Shown here piece after piece: positions 26,035-39,609 of a stretch of DNA of 64,000 bases (positions are counted from its first letter, which is position 1; each line of letters opens with the position of its first letter). This stretch comes from Stegostoma tigrinum (taxonomy: Eukaryota). The stretch covers positions 48,285,517 to 48,349,516 of the forward strand of contig NC_081357.1 in NCBI RefSeq assembly GCF_030684315.1. Direction: 5' to 3'. The notes under the pieces are model-generated. The model made no database searches, had not been told where the DNA came from, and saw only the letters and a list, made by a program, of their open reading frames with translations. The position numbers and the translations under genes are program-made.

Positions 26035-26110
26035 CCGAATATCATTCTCCGGCCAGGACTTCAGAAGTGTAGCAATATGTCCACGGTCATGGATCGTAAT
26101 AAAAAGACCC
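26035..26110 (-). CDS. ME1: Malic enzyme coding exon (equivalent to ME1 exon 4, 76 bp)
   Basis: Minus strand: tctctctcAG|G GGT CTT TTT ATT...GAT ATT CGG|GTATGT. Translates (R)GLFITIHDRGHIATLLKSWPENDIR. Phase 2 start joins the CG of the previous exon. IHDRGHIA is ME1-like (ME3 has IHDKGHLA). Confidence 0.95.
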
Positions 26111-28442
26111 CTGAGAGAGATTAGAAATTAGAAATTGTCTTGTTATATGGTTTTCATTAAAAGCGTATCACAACTTAACAAGCAAAACAACAAAATAGGT
26201 GGGCGAGGCCAATCCCTGGAGACAAGAACCACCGCCGCTCTGAATTCATACACCATGTATACAGGAATTCTGCCAAGCGAAATCAAAGTTATTGTTAATG
26301 ACTATGTATAGCAGATCCAAAACTAACAATACCATAAATTAACTACAGTGCTTTCCAATGGCAACATACGTGAATGCCCTCAATTATACATTGTACTTTA
26401 CTATATATAAAGTCAGGCAACTTTGCAAGGCATTTTTATTTTCTTAAGACAAACTCAAATAATTTGTCAAAGTAACTTGTTTTTCTAATCAACAAAAACC
26501 TTGAAACCTGGCTATCCCAATAAAACACGTGCACAGATCACAAAGCCATTAGGATGCCATAGTCCGAGCTGTATCTGTGCTAAGCACAACTAGACAAGGC
26601 TCAATTTAATTTGTAATTTCTATTAATACGTTCCAAACCAGCGTCTGGTATTTGTTCAACAGAAACAAGTGTTGATTGTATTGACCTATGAAAACATACC
26701 AATTCAATATATAGTGCCATGTAATTAGCTGCTTCAGGGCCCAGGCACCATTCATATTCACTTACACATTTTTCTTGAGCAGAGATGAATTAACAATGGT
26801 GGAAAGATCCATTTGTTGCCAGCTTTAGAAAGTCATGGCAGTCTTCAAAAACAAATCTTCACCAGTAAATGAACTCATGAAGCATCGAAGAATCTGGCTC
26901 TACATGATTTTACAACTTCACTGTGGTCTCGCCAAATTTTCTCCCGGATTTTTGGGGGTGCCACGTGAACTGAGTAATCAGGGAGCATATTTAAACCACA
27001 GCATCCATTTAGAGGAAGACAAACATTGCAAAAGAAAACTGCTTTAACAAGTATTAAAAATTCAAATATTTATGTCATTTTACAGTTACCAGTATTTTAC
27101 CTCTAAAATAAACAAAATTCACTGCTCAATTCAGTCTTCTGGGGACTCATTTAGTGATGGCACGATGTATACCAAGTACGATGAATGACTAAAAGGTGAC
27201 ATGAAATTTCTTCATTCTTTTGTAGGCAGCTTGGCACACCAGTCTGTGTTTACTGCCCAGTGATTATAAATGTGTCCAGGTAGACATTTTGTATGACTTA
27301 GGTCAGATAAACTTGCCAAATTGATTTATTTCTGGGCTTAGACTTCAGTTTGGAGTTCACGAGGCTAAATCCACACTCTCAGTCAGCACTTCATGCCTGG
27401 AATGTTGTACAATGTCAAAAAGAATGCACAAAACTGGCCTTCTTTAAAAAGGGGGAAAATTCAGCAAATCACTGACTGTCTGAATAGAATTCACCTGGAC
27501 TATCTCCACAACAACAAATTTAAAGTCAGAATATATTTGTGCCCACACTTCCATGGTTTGGCATAAGAGTGCAGTATTTCAACACCAATTACAACACTTA
27601 CCAGGTTTGGAAAAGTATCAGTCTTGGTGGCTGCATCCTGATCAAATGCATGCCACTTTAAATTCCTCTTCTGGAAATCTGCTTTCCAGGTGGTTACCCA
27701 GCAGTTAAACAGATTGAAGGATTGCAGCAGTGTCAACAACACTGCTCCAGACAGAATCTGAACTACTTCAATCCAATAACATGGAGATACCGAATTGTCA
27801 GATTTTTCATCTTGGCCTTTGCAAATGGCAGTTTTAATTGTTGTCAAACATCATCTCAGAATTGCCACAGCAATGCCATTATCAATGCAAACATATGATT
27901 GTGAGCATTTTCAGACCATATTTGCTGATTGGTGCATTATATTTATTCATTCCTTCTTTGCAACACTTATCAAGACATTGCACGGTTTTGTTTTGCAAAG
28001 TGGCTTGACAATCATCTCACTACATTAAGATCAAACTGCCACTGCATTATACGGACATTAGAAAAATCTTTAACTTGCGCTTTAAACAGGTGAGCAGAAC
28101 TTTGTATAAACTATTCTTGAGAAGCATTGCAATATCATTCATAATTGAGACCTGCTTCCATGTATCTATTCCAAAATCATCTCAGAAGTACACAGTGCTA
28201 TTTCAACAAATGTTTGAATTCACTTTACAACACTGCAGCTATGCTATTTTCTTTTTCAGGCAAAAGAGTGGTGTGCAATGCGAGCATCACTGTGTCAAGG
28301 TCACAACATAAAATTGCTTGATTGGTGTTACAAAGCCATAAGCAGTCACTTTCAAAAAAAGCTAAGTCTTGTAAATAGCATCAGTTTTTTAAATGTGATG
28401 CACAGTTTTTTTTAACATGACTACCTTCATGTTGATAGTAAA

Positions 28443-28605
28443 TGAAAGTAAAGTCGATACAGTCTTACCACAGCACAGGGTTGATCTCTTTAGATAGAGA
28501 ACTGATGGGGGCTCAACCTCAGGGTCACCACACTTCAGGCAAGGGGAGCAGTGGAAAAAAAGTCCTTTGTTGCAACCTCAGCCAAAAGGGGCTACGAACA
28601 CATGA
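28443..28605 (-). mobile_element. tRNA-derived SINE (cctgaggtgtggtgaccctcagg-core family)
   Basis: Homologous segments at 53305-53425 (+, head gttagcccagttgactgg..gggttcacctcc) and 62705-62967 (+, interrupted by a CR1 tail). Confidence 0.55.
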
Positions 28606-29074
28606 CTGGTGTAATTTAATCAAGATCAGTTCTACATGATGAACGTCAATACACTCCACCAATTAAAGGGTGTAAATTTCACTGCATCAGTTCTCAGTAA
28701 TTGCTGAATACTTATCCATATGATCATAAACGTCTTGCATGGAGAAAACTGACATGCATCTTAATGCAAGCTCAACATGATCAATGCAAATTTGCACCAT
28801 ACTGGGATTGATCTTCAGCTGTTTGGTCCATCCCTATCTCAGTAAAATTTCAACTCTGTTGTAGTTTTGTAACATTTTGTGCTTCCAAAGCCACTTTAGG
28901 AAGCCCAATTTCCAACCCTGACCATCTTTTCTCTCGTGCTGAACTCAGCTCTGAGTCTTTGCTTTAAAGTAAACAGTGCAAAAGGTATCATTAGTTTAAG
29001 AGGATAGCCCAATTCTTACCTTCTGTTTGTGTTGAAGATGGCATTTCTGATTTAAAAAGCCTTTTTGAATGTGC

Positions 29075-30410
29075 ACAGGAGTATAGGAAGAGTAGACCAG
29101 TCGGCAGATGAAGCCTGCCCTATTATTCAACACGATTATGGTTGACTGAACACTTCAACACATCTTACTCACCTTATCGCATAACCCTGTATGCCACTGG
29201 TAATCAGAAACTTATCTACCTCTGCCTTAAGCACAGTCAAAGGCAGAGCTGCCAGAGCCCTGAGGGTTCGTAACCCTCACGCAAAAATTCTTCGCTCGTC
29301 AGTCCTAAACGACATCCCCATTATTTTAAAATTCGCCTGTCGTTTTAGATGACTCAACCAGGGGAAAAACCTTGCCTGTGCCTACCCTGTCTATCCCCTC
29401 AAATATTCTAAGTATGAAGTATTTCAATGCAATCACATCATCTTCAAAACTTGAGACTGCATACCCAGTTTACCCAATCTTAACTCACAGGTCAGTCCCA
29501 TCATGCCAGAAACAAGCCTGGAGAATCTTCATTGCACTGATGAGGGACCAAAACTACACAGCACTCCAGATGTATTCTAACCAAGATCTTATAAAGATGA
29601 GAGCAAATTTTTACTACTCCCATGACTAAAATCATCCAACATTCCTGTAAGCTTCCTAACAGCTTGCTATAGCTGCACGTTAGCTTTCAGTGGCTTATTG
29701 ACAAGGAGAAAAGTTCCTTTGGACAGTTTCACTTTGCAATGTTTTCCCATTTAAGAAATCTGCACACCCCTTCCTCCTGCCAAAAAGTGGCTAACACCAG
29801 TGTTCCACATATTCCATCTGTGATGTTTCTGTCCATTCACCAAATCTGTCCATATCCTCCTGAAGCTGCTTTACAGCTTCAACCCAAATTCCTGCTTCAT
29901 CTGCAAATTGGGAAATAATACTGTTTGCCACCTCCAAATCATTGGTGGAATGCTGTGAACAGTCGGGTACCACAGATACTGATGCTTGCGGTACCTCATT
30001 AGTCAGCCTGCCAACACAAGTTAACTGTTCACTCCTACTCTTGGGATTATTGCTTGGCTAACAGACAAAGCCATCAAGAGTACTACTTCCTAACCCATGT
30101 GCTTTCCTTTATCTAACCAGGATTTCCCATCAGGACTTTATCATAAACTTTCTGAAAAATAATGATAAAAGGAGACCTGCTGCCCAACGTTGTTAGTAAC
30201 AACTTGAAAAGAAACCTCCAACCATTCACAAATCCATGCTGACAATGCCCAATCAGAGCATTATCAACCATTATTGTGTATTTATGTCATCCTTTATAAT
30301 AGATTCTAGCACTTCCCTGATTACTGACAATTACTTTCCCTAAACTGAAGTTCCCAGTTTTATCTTTCATTGTCTTCTTAAACAGCAGGGTAAGATTTGC
30401 TACCTTCCGC
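29075..30410 (-). mobile_element. Decayed CR1 LINE
   Basis: ORF 29791-29973 ISQFADE..KQLQEDMDRFGEW; 3' tail aggaagagtagaccagtcggc. Confidence 0.75.
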
Positions 30411-30557
30411 AGGATTTCTTTTTTATGCAGCTTTCAGACTCCTTTGGTTTTCTTCTGTACATCTTTTTCTAGATATTTTTAAAAACTTATGAAAAAGTGT
30501 AAGTGTAACTTGCTGTGATTACACACTTCTGTAGTTTGTTTTCTTTAAAATAAAGTC

Positions 30558-31250
30558 TCACATGGGACAGCAGCGTCACTGGCTGGCCAGGGTTTATTGC
30601 ACAATCCCTCTTTGCCCCTGAAAAGGCGGTGGCCAGCTATCTTCTTGAACCACTACGGTTGTTATGTCGCAAGTTGATCCTCAATTCCCTTAGGAAGGAA
30701 CTTCGAGGATTTTACCCAGCAACAGTGAAGGAATGGCAATATATCAATATTCCCCATTCAGAAAGCTGAGGGGCTTGTAGAGCACCTTGCACGTGACTGG
30801 TTTCTCACGTGGTTTTTTTCCTTCGAGACAGAAGTGGTTGTGGGTTTAAAAGGTGCTACTTCAGGAACTTGATGAATTTCTACAATGCATCTATGCAACA
30901 GTACACACTAATGCCACTGAAGTGTTGTTTTTTTTGGGGGGGGGGGGTGTTGGTGTGGGAGTGAATGCTTGCTTGTGGATGTGATGTCATTCAAGCACGC
31001 CAATGCTTGAGCTGCAGAGAGTTCCATCTAACTCTCAATTTGTCTCTTGTAGATACAGGACAGGCTTTGGGGAGCCAGGAGCTGAGTTAACTACTATAGT
31101 ATTCCTACCCTCTGACCTGCTCCTGTACTTAGATGGCAAGTCCAGTTCAGTTTCCAGTCAACAGTAACCCCCCCCCCCCCCCCCCCCCCCGCCCCCCGGA
31201 TATGGATAGTGGGGGATTCAGTGATGGTAAAATCATTGAATGTCAAGTTT
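30558..31250 (-). mobile_element. LINE family B fragment
   Basis: catgggacagcagcgtcactggctggccag..gacaggctttggggagccaggag..ccagttcagtttccagtcaa..gtgggggattcagtgatggt. Contains expanded poly-G/poly-C tracts. Confidence 0.75.
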
Positions 31251-34200
31251 TGCTGGTGTTCTGTCTAGGTTCTGTCTCTTTAGCCCTCTAAATATAAAGG
31301 CCAGCATTCTTTAAGCGTTTGATTTTTTTTCTGTACCTTTGACCTCCACTGAGTTTTTCACCACAAAAGGTAGTTTATTGATCCTTTTCAGATTGCAAGT
31401 CCATAATCTCAGTTTTTATAACTTTGAAACTGATTCAACAGTTTTGTCTACTCAGTCTATCAATAACCCTTGGGTGGGTGCTATGAGATTTCACAGCTTC
31501 TAATACTGACAATTATTTGGGTCATCAGTAAGTGTGGACATATGGCCATCTGAACTATTAAGGAACATAATAAATAGTTGAGTTCCAGTCTTGTGGGACA
31601 CTACTTGCTGTCAATTAAAACTAACAGTTCAGGACTGCTACTCTGTCACACTATTCTGAAAATTTACCTTCAATTCCATGACCTTCAACTTTATCTTGTT
31701 GCTTCTTATAAGGATCTTTATGGAACACCTTCTGGAGCCCATATTAAAAACACCCATAGACATTGCACTGTCCATTTCTTTGTTCAACACGTAAAAACGT
31801 CAGGTTTGAGAGGCACAATCTATCGTGTGTCTTTGCTGATGTCCTCTGATCATTTGAAAGTTAACAAGATGCTCAGTAATGTTATTTTTAATTACGGACT
31901 ATAACTATTGGCTAATTAAAAGTTGTTTGACTAATTATTCTGTAATTCCTCATTTTCTTCTACTGGCTTGAACAGCAGAGCAAATCCATACCTTTTCAAA
32001 ATAAGGAATAGGGAGAACTTAGGAAAATTACATAGGTGAAGACACTATGTCCTTTGAAACTTTTGTCTCAATGGCTTAAAAGCCATAAACTAAAGAAAAC
32101 TTGCTCCAACAAATATTATATGTTTAGAAAATTGTTAATTTTACATAGAATGGATATTCTGAATGGAGCAATCACAGTTGGACTCAGCTAGAAAGAATTG
32201 GACAAATCCATTTGTCACTCTGTAGCCCAATATAACATTAAATGGTATTTGCTGCAAAAATACTCTGTACTAAAGGTGATCTGAATAGCTTTGCAATTAA
32301 ATGAAAAACACTGGTCCTTTTGCAGTCAGCTTGGCTTTGGGTGAAGATACAGGCATAATGACATTTTGAACCTTTGAAAAATTATGTACCTAGTTTGAAC
32401 TCAAGTGAAAACAACTATAAAAACTGAATAAAAATACACAAATTGAAGAAACACATTTGTTCTGGGTGGATTGTTGTTTTTTGGTCTATGGGGTTTTAAT
32501 AAGGAACTTGTGATTTATGAGTTGAGTGTACAGCGTTGCTAGTAAAGAAACCTTGTGATCTTCTAAAAAGCTTAAATATTGGAGTCATGATAAATAAAAA
32601 CAATCCATAAATTACTCACTCGTCTGATCATTTCCTTACTGTGCCTTGCCACTCGTAACACTCATTGACAACCAAAAGTAACCCTCCCTTTCAATCATAC
32701 TCCACCTTCCCAGTCAAACTCTTTTACACCAGGCTGGAAATTTATCACATTCTTTTATGGTTAAAAATAAAATTCCCTATCCACTTCACTAGTCCATAAA
32801 TGCAAGTTATCTGCTGAATGCCAAGCCATCCATTAGTCATAAAGGTGTATGCTCTAACTATATTTTAGGATTCAGTACATAGTCTAGGCTGCTATTCTAT
32901 TTCAACTTGGAGGTAAAGGTAGATCCTTTTAGATTTGATATTAAGCCTAGGCCTTGCCTTGTACTCCTGTTCAGCTAGACACATCTCATTTACCAGAGCA
33001 GATCAGGAGACCTCCCACATATCCTGATGAATAATTACTTGGGTTCACCTGGTTTCTGGTATCTTGTTGCGCGCATTTGCTCCGAGACGCGTGAGTAGTT
33101 CTGGTCAAGATTTAAGCATTACATTTGAGGAGCTGTTCCAGTTCCTTTGCTTTCTACCAAACTGTAACTGACACTAACTCAGAGGCACAGAAGCAGATTG
33201 TCCATGGCTTAGTTCTGATCAACTCAATTTTTTTTTGTATCCTGCACCACTGTTATTGCCAGAGACTTCCCTGTGCATACTAAAAATCTACCTACTCAAC
33301 TTAAATCATCCTTTATTAGCAAGTTCAGATTGCACTACTGATTTAAAGCCGGTTTCAGATAAAAGTGGAATCATTAAGACTGTTAACTAAACATGAATGA
33401 AAAAAAATTAGTCCACCCACAATCTGCCATAACACAATGGTAAGACAGTTACTTTTCTTAATACTGATGAAAGGACAAAATAATTTAAATATGTTCTTAT
33501 TCTACACTGCAGGACAGTGAGAAAATAGTCAACTTCTTGCAAAATATTTATATACTTCAGTTTTTTTGAACAACCTATTAATGTTAGTCTTAAGAAATTC
33601 AAATTTTTATTCCCTGTTTTAATCCTGACAAACACTAAACTGCAACTTCATTGCGGCTCTTTTGAAACCCTCTAAAGCAGGGTGAAGAGAATTTTGCCCC
33701 TGTCCTTCTTGTAATGTCACCTTTTAAGTCTGAACAACAATCTCAGCAATCTTGCTTTGCCATTTAAAACTCTAGGTGTGAGATGCTAGAGTTTACTCCA
33801 AACCAAATCTGATCTAAGAGATGGATTTGTGCCAAAACAAAAAAAATCTAAATTAGCCACAGTAATAGTGGGTTGCAATCTGTACAACAGGAGGGAAACA
33901 TCACCTTTGTGTAAAAACACCTCACTTAAAATCAGGTAGCTGTGCTAGGCCTGAGTATTTACAGCACCAAAGGCAGCTTCCCTCCAAGTTCTTCTGCTGT
34001 GGTCAAAGGCTCAAGAAAGAGACAGATGCATCAGTCCATAAAAGTATCAGTCAGAAGAACCAGTGCAGTCCTTGCAGAGACCAAACGCTTCACGCATTTT
34101 CAACTCATTCACATGTGCGCATAGTGGCTGGGCCAGTATTTATGACTCATCCCTAATTGCTAATTCAAATGATTGGCTTGCTAGGGCTGTGTGTCAGATG

Positions 34201-34439
34201 GCAGCTGAGAATCAAGTTGTTTGCTCTGGATCTCTACCTGGTCAGACTTCCACAAAAGCAGAGATGTCAGTTTTTTCCCCCCCTAAAGGGCATGGTGTGT
34301 TTACAACAAAATACAATGGTTGTGATCACTATCAGGTTAGGTATTATGTATCCTGTAGTGTGGCACTGTTTGTGGGACATACATTGAACAGATCTGGCAG
34401 CTCCGACCACGTATCCATAACGTGCTTTGGGCCATCAGC

Positions 34440-35480
34440 AACAGCTAAATTGCAACCCATTCTACAAATTTGTGGTGTTGCATATCCCCCTATGTACTGG
34501 TCCTACCAAGGCAGGGGTTCAACCCTGGTTCAAAGGAGTGTGCAGGAGGACATGCCAGGAGCATACCAGGCACACCTAAAAAATGTGGTGGCAACCTGGT
34601 GAAGCTACCAGTGATAATGGGAACTGCAGATGCTGGAGAATCCAACTATTTGCATGCCAAACAAACAGCATAAGCAGCAAGTGACAGATAGAATTAGGTG
34701 ATTAATTTAAGCAACCAAGTCATCAACTCTTGCCTCTGCAGCCCTGCTACATCCAGTCATGAATGGTGGTGGACAATTAACACACTGTTGAATGAGGCTT
34801 CAAAAACATGCCCATTCTCAATAATGGCATAGCCCAGCACATCAGAGCAAAAGACAAGACTGAAGCACCTGTGACAATTTTTAGCCAACGACACCCATCA
34901 TCACAGATTGCAGTCTTCAGCCAATTCTGTCCACAAGATATCAAGGGGCAGCTGGAGGCAATGGATACTGCAAATGCTATGGACTTTGACAACATTATAG
35001 TCATGATAGCGAGGACTTACACTCCAGAACTTGCCGCTACCCAAAGCTGTTCCAGTAGGGTTACAACACTAGCATCTCTGGCCCAGGTATCTCCTCTACA
35101 CAAACAGCAACACATCTAACCTGCCCAGGTACAACCCCATCAGTTTACTTCAAACATCAGTAAAGTGATGGAAGATGTCATCAACAGTGCTATCAAACAG
35201 CGCCAACTCGGTAATAACCTGCTCAGCTCCTGATCTCACTACAGCCTTCGTTCTAACATGGGCAAAAGATCTGAATTTCAGAGGTGTCTAGGGGATGTTT
35301 ATCCTTAGCACCTTAACAGAATATGGCAAGGAGGAGTTCCAGCAAGACCAAAAATCAGTGGTAAATCGAGCAGGGGAGGAAGCAGCCTCCACAGGTTGGA
35401 GACATACCCTGGCAAATAGGTAGACGGTTGCTGTTGTTGTAGATTAGTTGCCTCAGCTAAAGGACATCTCTGCAGCTTGT
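34440..35480 (+). mobile_element. LINE family B internal (RT-region) fragment
   Basis: Relics of the AMGxDNI, YxPISLL, KVME and ALxxIWxxGV segments; gaatggtggtggacaattaa. Confidence 0.65.
34611..34645 (-). mobile_element. P1 solo tail (~35 bp)
   Basis: gtgataatgggaactgcagatgctggagaatccaa is nearly identical to 47508-47542, the segment present on only one arm of the foldback. Confidence 0.75.
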
Positions 35481-36149
35481 TATGGTAGTGTCCTTTCTTC
35501 CCTTCAGCTTCTTCTAACTCTCCTGAATTAAAGTGCTCACCCAAAGCTAAGCTGCTGCTAACCAAAACAAAAACAATGCTCAAAATGCAGGTCTACCAGC
35601 ACCTGGCTGATGACTGTTCTGTTTTTTCCAGAAGCACTGAGTCCTGGCAGCGTTACTAACTTGAAATGTTACCTCTTCCACTTTCCACAGATTCTGCCAG
35701 ACCTGCTGAGAATTTCCAACATTTTGTTTTTTTTATATTCTTGCTTCCGATGTTGTTGAATGTCTACTGAAGTTTTCATTTTGGTGTTTTATCTAACGTG
35801 GCATCCAGAAAAGCTGCAAGCCACACTCCTACGTACCAAATTATTGGCTGATTATTCATGCAATAGAAGGAAGTGATAGCTAGTTTTGGCAGATCCTCTA
35901 AATGTCTGGTATGATTTAAATTATGTTGCAGTTACAATATCCTGCAGTATTTTTATACTTTATATTTTATGGTTATAGACTTTAACAAATGTTATCATGG
36001 ATTTCCCAGTCTTTTGTCAACTGTAATCATCCAAAACTTCGCACAAAGATCAAAAGAAAAATCCAAATAGAAATTTTATTCTTGATGGTAATTCCAGGAT
36101 ACTGGAACTTGGAACAACCAATTTCAGCTTCTGGATTTATAGTAAAATT

Positions 36150-36985
36150 AGAAACACAGGAATGTGGAGATTTAAAGGAGTAGACCATTTATTCTGTTCT
36201 GCAATTCTAGATCATAGCTGATTATCTATCTCTGCGCCATCTCCCCTCTGCAATCTTCCTATCTACCACCCTCATCTGTCTGAAGTGACCTACCACTAAT
36301 TGTGGTACTCTCAAATCTAGCCTGTAAAAACATCCTTACTGTGTTGACCTTGCCATTATAATCTGTACTACAATAATTCTGTAAATTTCAATGCAATTAC
36401 CTCTCAATCTTCAAAATTTGAGCAAATACAGGGCCAGTTTCCTCAATCTCAAAGCACAGTTTCACCCTCCCAGAGATTAGTCTCCATTGCATTTCATCTC
36501 AAGCATGGCACATCCTTCCTTAGTTAAGGAAACCAAAGCCGTACACCAATACTCTAAAACCTGTGCACAGCATCTTTACTCCAGCATTTATATCTTCTAG
36601 TAAGGCTTGCAAACATTCCATCTGTCCTCCTAAATCACTTGCTACACCTGGATGCTAACTTTTAACAACTCATTAGCAAGGACAAACAGTTCTCTTCAGA
36701 CATCAACACTCCCATCCCTTCATTTTTTAAAGAGGGGCTTTGCATTTCTGTATTTTCCCCTAACAAAGTGGATAACCTCTCACTTATTCACGCTATATTC
36801 CATCTGCAGCTGTCTTGCCGATTTAGCTTGTTCAAATCCTTGAAGCCATCTTTCGTCTTCCTTACTGCTTACCTATTGTTGTCATTAACCAAAAGTTTTT
36901 TTGGGTGTTTTATTTGGTCTCCACATCCAAGACATTGGTAGATTGTGATTAACTGGAGCCAAAGCACTGATCCTTGCAGTAGCTC
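36150..36985 (-). mobile_element. Decayed CR1 LINE
   Basis: aaggagtagaccatt tail; aaagtggataacctctcacttattcacgctatattccatctgc; ccaaagcactgatccttg (reverse of QGSVL). Confidence 0.7.
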
Positions 36986-38509
36986 ACTGCCAGAGCACAC
37001 TTATCAGTTATACTGTTATACATTAAAAGGAGAATAAAGAATGCTGTATTTTACAGAGCTGTACAATATTGTGCAATTAAGACTGACATTTCTTTGGGCG
37101 GAGTTATATTTCTCAATTTGTGCCATGAGGAATGGTGCTCTGTACTGACAGAGGAACTAAAAGAAAACTAGAAACCTGATTTGTGCTACAAGTCAAGTTG
37201 GCCCATGAATAAAAAAAAGTTGTGTTAATTCATCATGCATTACCCTAAAGGGTAGTTTCGATTTTCAAACTGCAGAAACTGTTGGCGTTAATAATACATT
37301 ATTACCTGTTACTTTTGCAGAGTACAATTTGTATTTCTTTACAGAAGCTAATACATCATTTAACATCTTGTGTTGTTTGACTAATTAGGTGAATACAGTG
37401 GGCAGAATTTTCTCATTTTCACCTGGTGCTTTGTTGAGCAATGGTTGTCTTGCTTCGGGGGAATCATGCAGCAGGAGGCACAAGTGATTTGCACTGCCGA
37501 GAGCTTCCAACATTCCTGCTGCTCCTGGCATATTTGAAGTCCAGTTGCATACCCCTTCAGACTCCGCAAACCAGGAACAACCCCTCATGCTGTGGTCTTT
37601 GATCACTATCATTGGAGTCCTGGTCCAGAAACAACTTGTACTGTTGCAGATTTGAACCACAGCAAGATCCAAAGTTATGATCCATGGTACTGCTGACACG
37701 CGAGACTGCCCGTGTTACTCAGCTTTCTCAATCTTAATTATTCCTTTTAGAGAAGCGTTTTTACATAAAATAATGTTTTGATATTCCTGCTTTGCTATTT
37801 TATTCTTACAAAAAAAGTTACATTTACTAATAATTGAGTATTTACTCTCCAGTAGTCAATGTATGGACATGATGCTTGTAATTATGCAAAGGACACCTAA
37901 AAATGGCTAGCAAAGTGAAAACTGTCAACAATACTTATTCACCAGAATTGCTGAAGATGCTTTGAAACTCCTTTAAAAATTCAAGGCATTTGTCAGAGGT
38001 CAGTTAAATTTTTGAGCCCAGAATTCCACTCATACCCTACATGACCTGGAAAACTTTAAAGAATTTGACAGTGAACCTATAAACCTATCTTGTGAGGCTG
38101 GAAAATATCCTGCAATATTTGGTAGTCGTTCATTAGGAATCAGCATTCCCTGTAAGCTGTGCGCATGCCTGGTTGCGCATCAGGAAAAATACCTGCACAC
38201 ACCCCATGATCCATTGTCCAACCACAGCCACAGATCCTAGGCCAACACTTCTGAACAACCATGTGAGTATTCCGTACTCACAGCAGCTTCCATGGCTTTT
38301 GAGCTTCTGATCAAATGCAAAACAATGGGAGGCTGATTTGGCAAAGGTGAAGAGGCCAGACTGCATCTTGGAAGTTCTAGGAGTTGGGGTTTACACTTCA
38401 GTCTTTAGTGACTGATAGTGAGGTGTCCAGTAAGCACCAGCCTAATGGTGTTATTTTCAGATAATAAGTTCAGGAACTCAGCTAACGTTCCAGAGACCCA
38501 GTTTGAGTC

Positions 38510-38763
38510 ATCCCACCCAGACTCACGCTTTCTACCCTGTAACACTGGAATTCCCATGGCCAATCCATCTAATTTACACATCCCAGGACACCGTGGGCAA
38601 TTTAGCCCAGCCAATACACCTAACCTGCACATCTTTGGAGGAAAGCAGGCCGCCTGGAGGAAACCTACACCAACATGATGACAACGTGCAAACTCCATAC
38701 AGACCGTCACCGAGCTCCCTGGCACTCTGAGGCAGCAGTACTAACTGCTGAGCCATTGTGCTA
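38510..38763 (-). mobile_element. HE1-like V-SINE
   Basis: Minus strand gcacaatggctcagcagttagtactgctgcctcagagtgccaggg..tggagtttgcacgtt..ccaaagatgtgcaggttaggtg. Confidence 0.85.
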
Positions 38764-39219
38764 TCTTCCAGTGTAACTGCTATATTCTGTATTGTAGCCT
38801 TGAACTCTATGCCGTGCTGTGTGGTTTAGCTTTGATTTCAGTTCCCATTCTGTTGTTAACCACATCCCTTTTCACCTGACAGCTAGGCAGCTGTGACTAA
38901 AGTATTAAGTATAAAGTTTTTAAAAATTTTCAAGTGTCAAATTCCACAAGAATCTGAACACTACCAGCTACTAATAAACAGCCCTCATCTGTTCATTACC
39001 ATTTTATTTTGGCTATAAATCATCCCTTTCTCCATTTTCTCACCCCAACTTGCTTTGTTCAAGATAAGATATTTCCTATACCATCTTATTGGAAAGTATG
39101 TAGCATATATAGTGGAGTGATTTAGTGGCATATGGCGTTCCATAGACCATGGAGATAATTTTCTCCAAGAAAAGTTAGTTGATTTTGAGAAGGAAAACGG
39201 GGGGGGGGGGGGGGGGAAG

Positions 39220-39600
39220 ATTTCCAGAAATTCAACTGCACCAGCCACAAACACTTTGGCTGCATGAACAGACCACAAGCCAGGTTCTCTACAGCAACTG
39301 CCTCACATCCTGGTTTCCCACAGCTGGTCCACCATCGACACAGCACAGGCGTGAACGCGATGGAATGTTGTGCACTTGCCTGGATCAAAGTGGCTCCAAC
39401 AACACTCAAGAAGCTCGGTAACCAGCTGATCTGTTTGGTTAGCATCCTCTCCACTTCAATATTCATTCTTTTCACTACCTGTATACTGTGGCTATAATGT
39501 CTACCATCCACTGGATACACTACTGCATCTTGCTAAGGCTTCATCAAAAGCACCTCTCAAACCTATGGCCTTCATCACTTCACAAGTCAAGGACAATCAG
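39220..39600 (+). mobile_element. LINE family B 3' fragment
   Basis: ccagaaattcaactgcaccagccac..gatggaatgttgtgcacttgcctggat..gctccaacaacactcaagaagctcg. Confidence 0.7.
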
Positions 39601-39609
39601 CATGTACAG

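Noticed and set aside
28674-28850. Possible MITE with aaatttcactg / cagtaaaattt ends
   Set aside because: Short, imperfect, AT-rich inverted repeat, with no TSD or second copy.
34063-34602. 179-aa ORF (also the 172-aa ORF at 49861-50379) as novel genes
   Set aside because: They run through decayed repeats, have no recognisable domain and start at non-ATG or weak-context codons.
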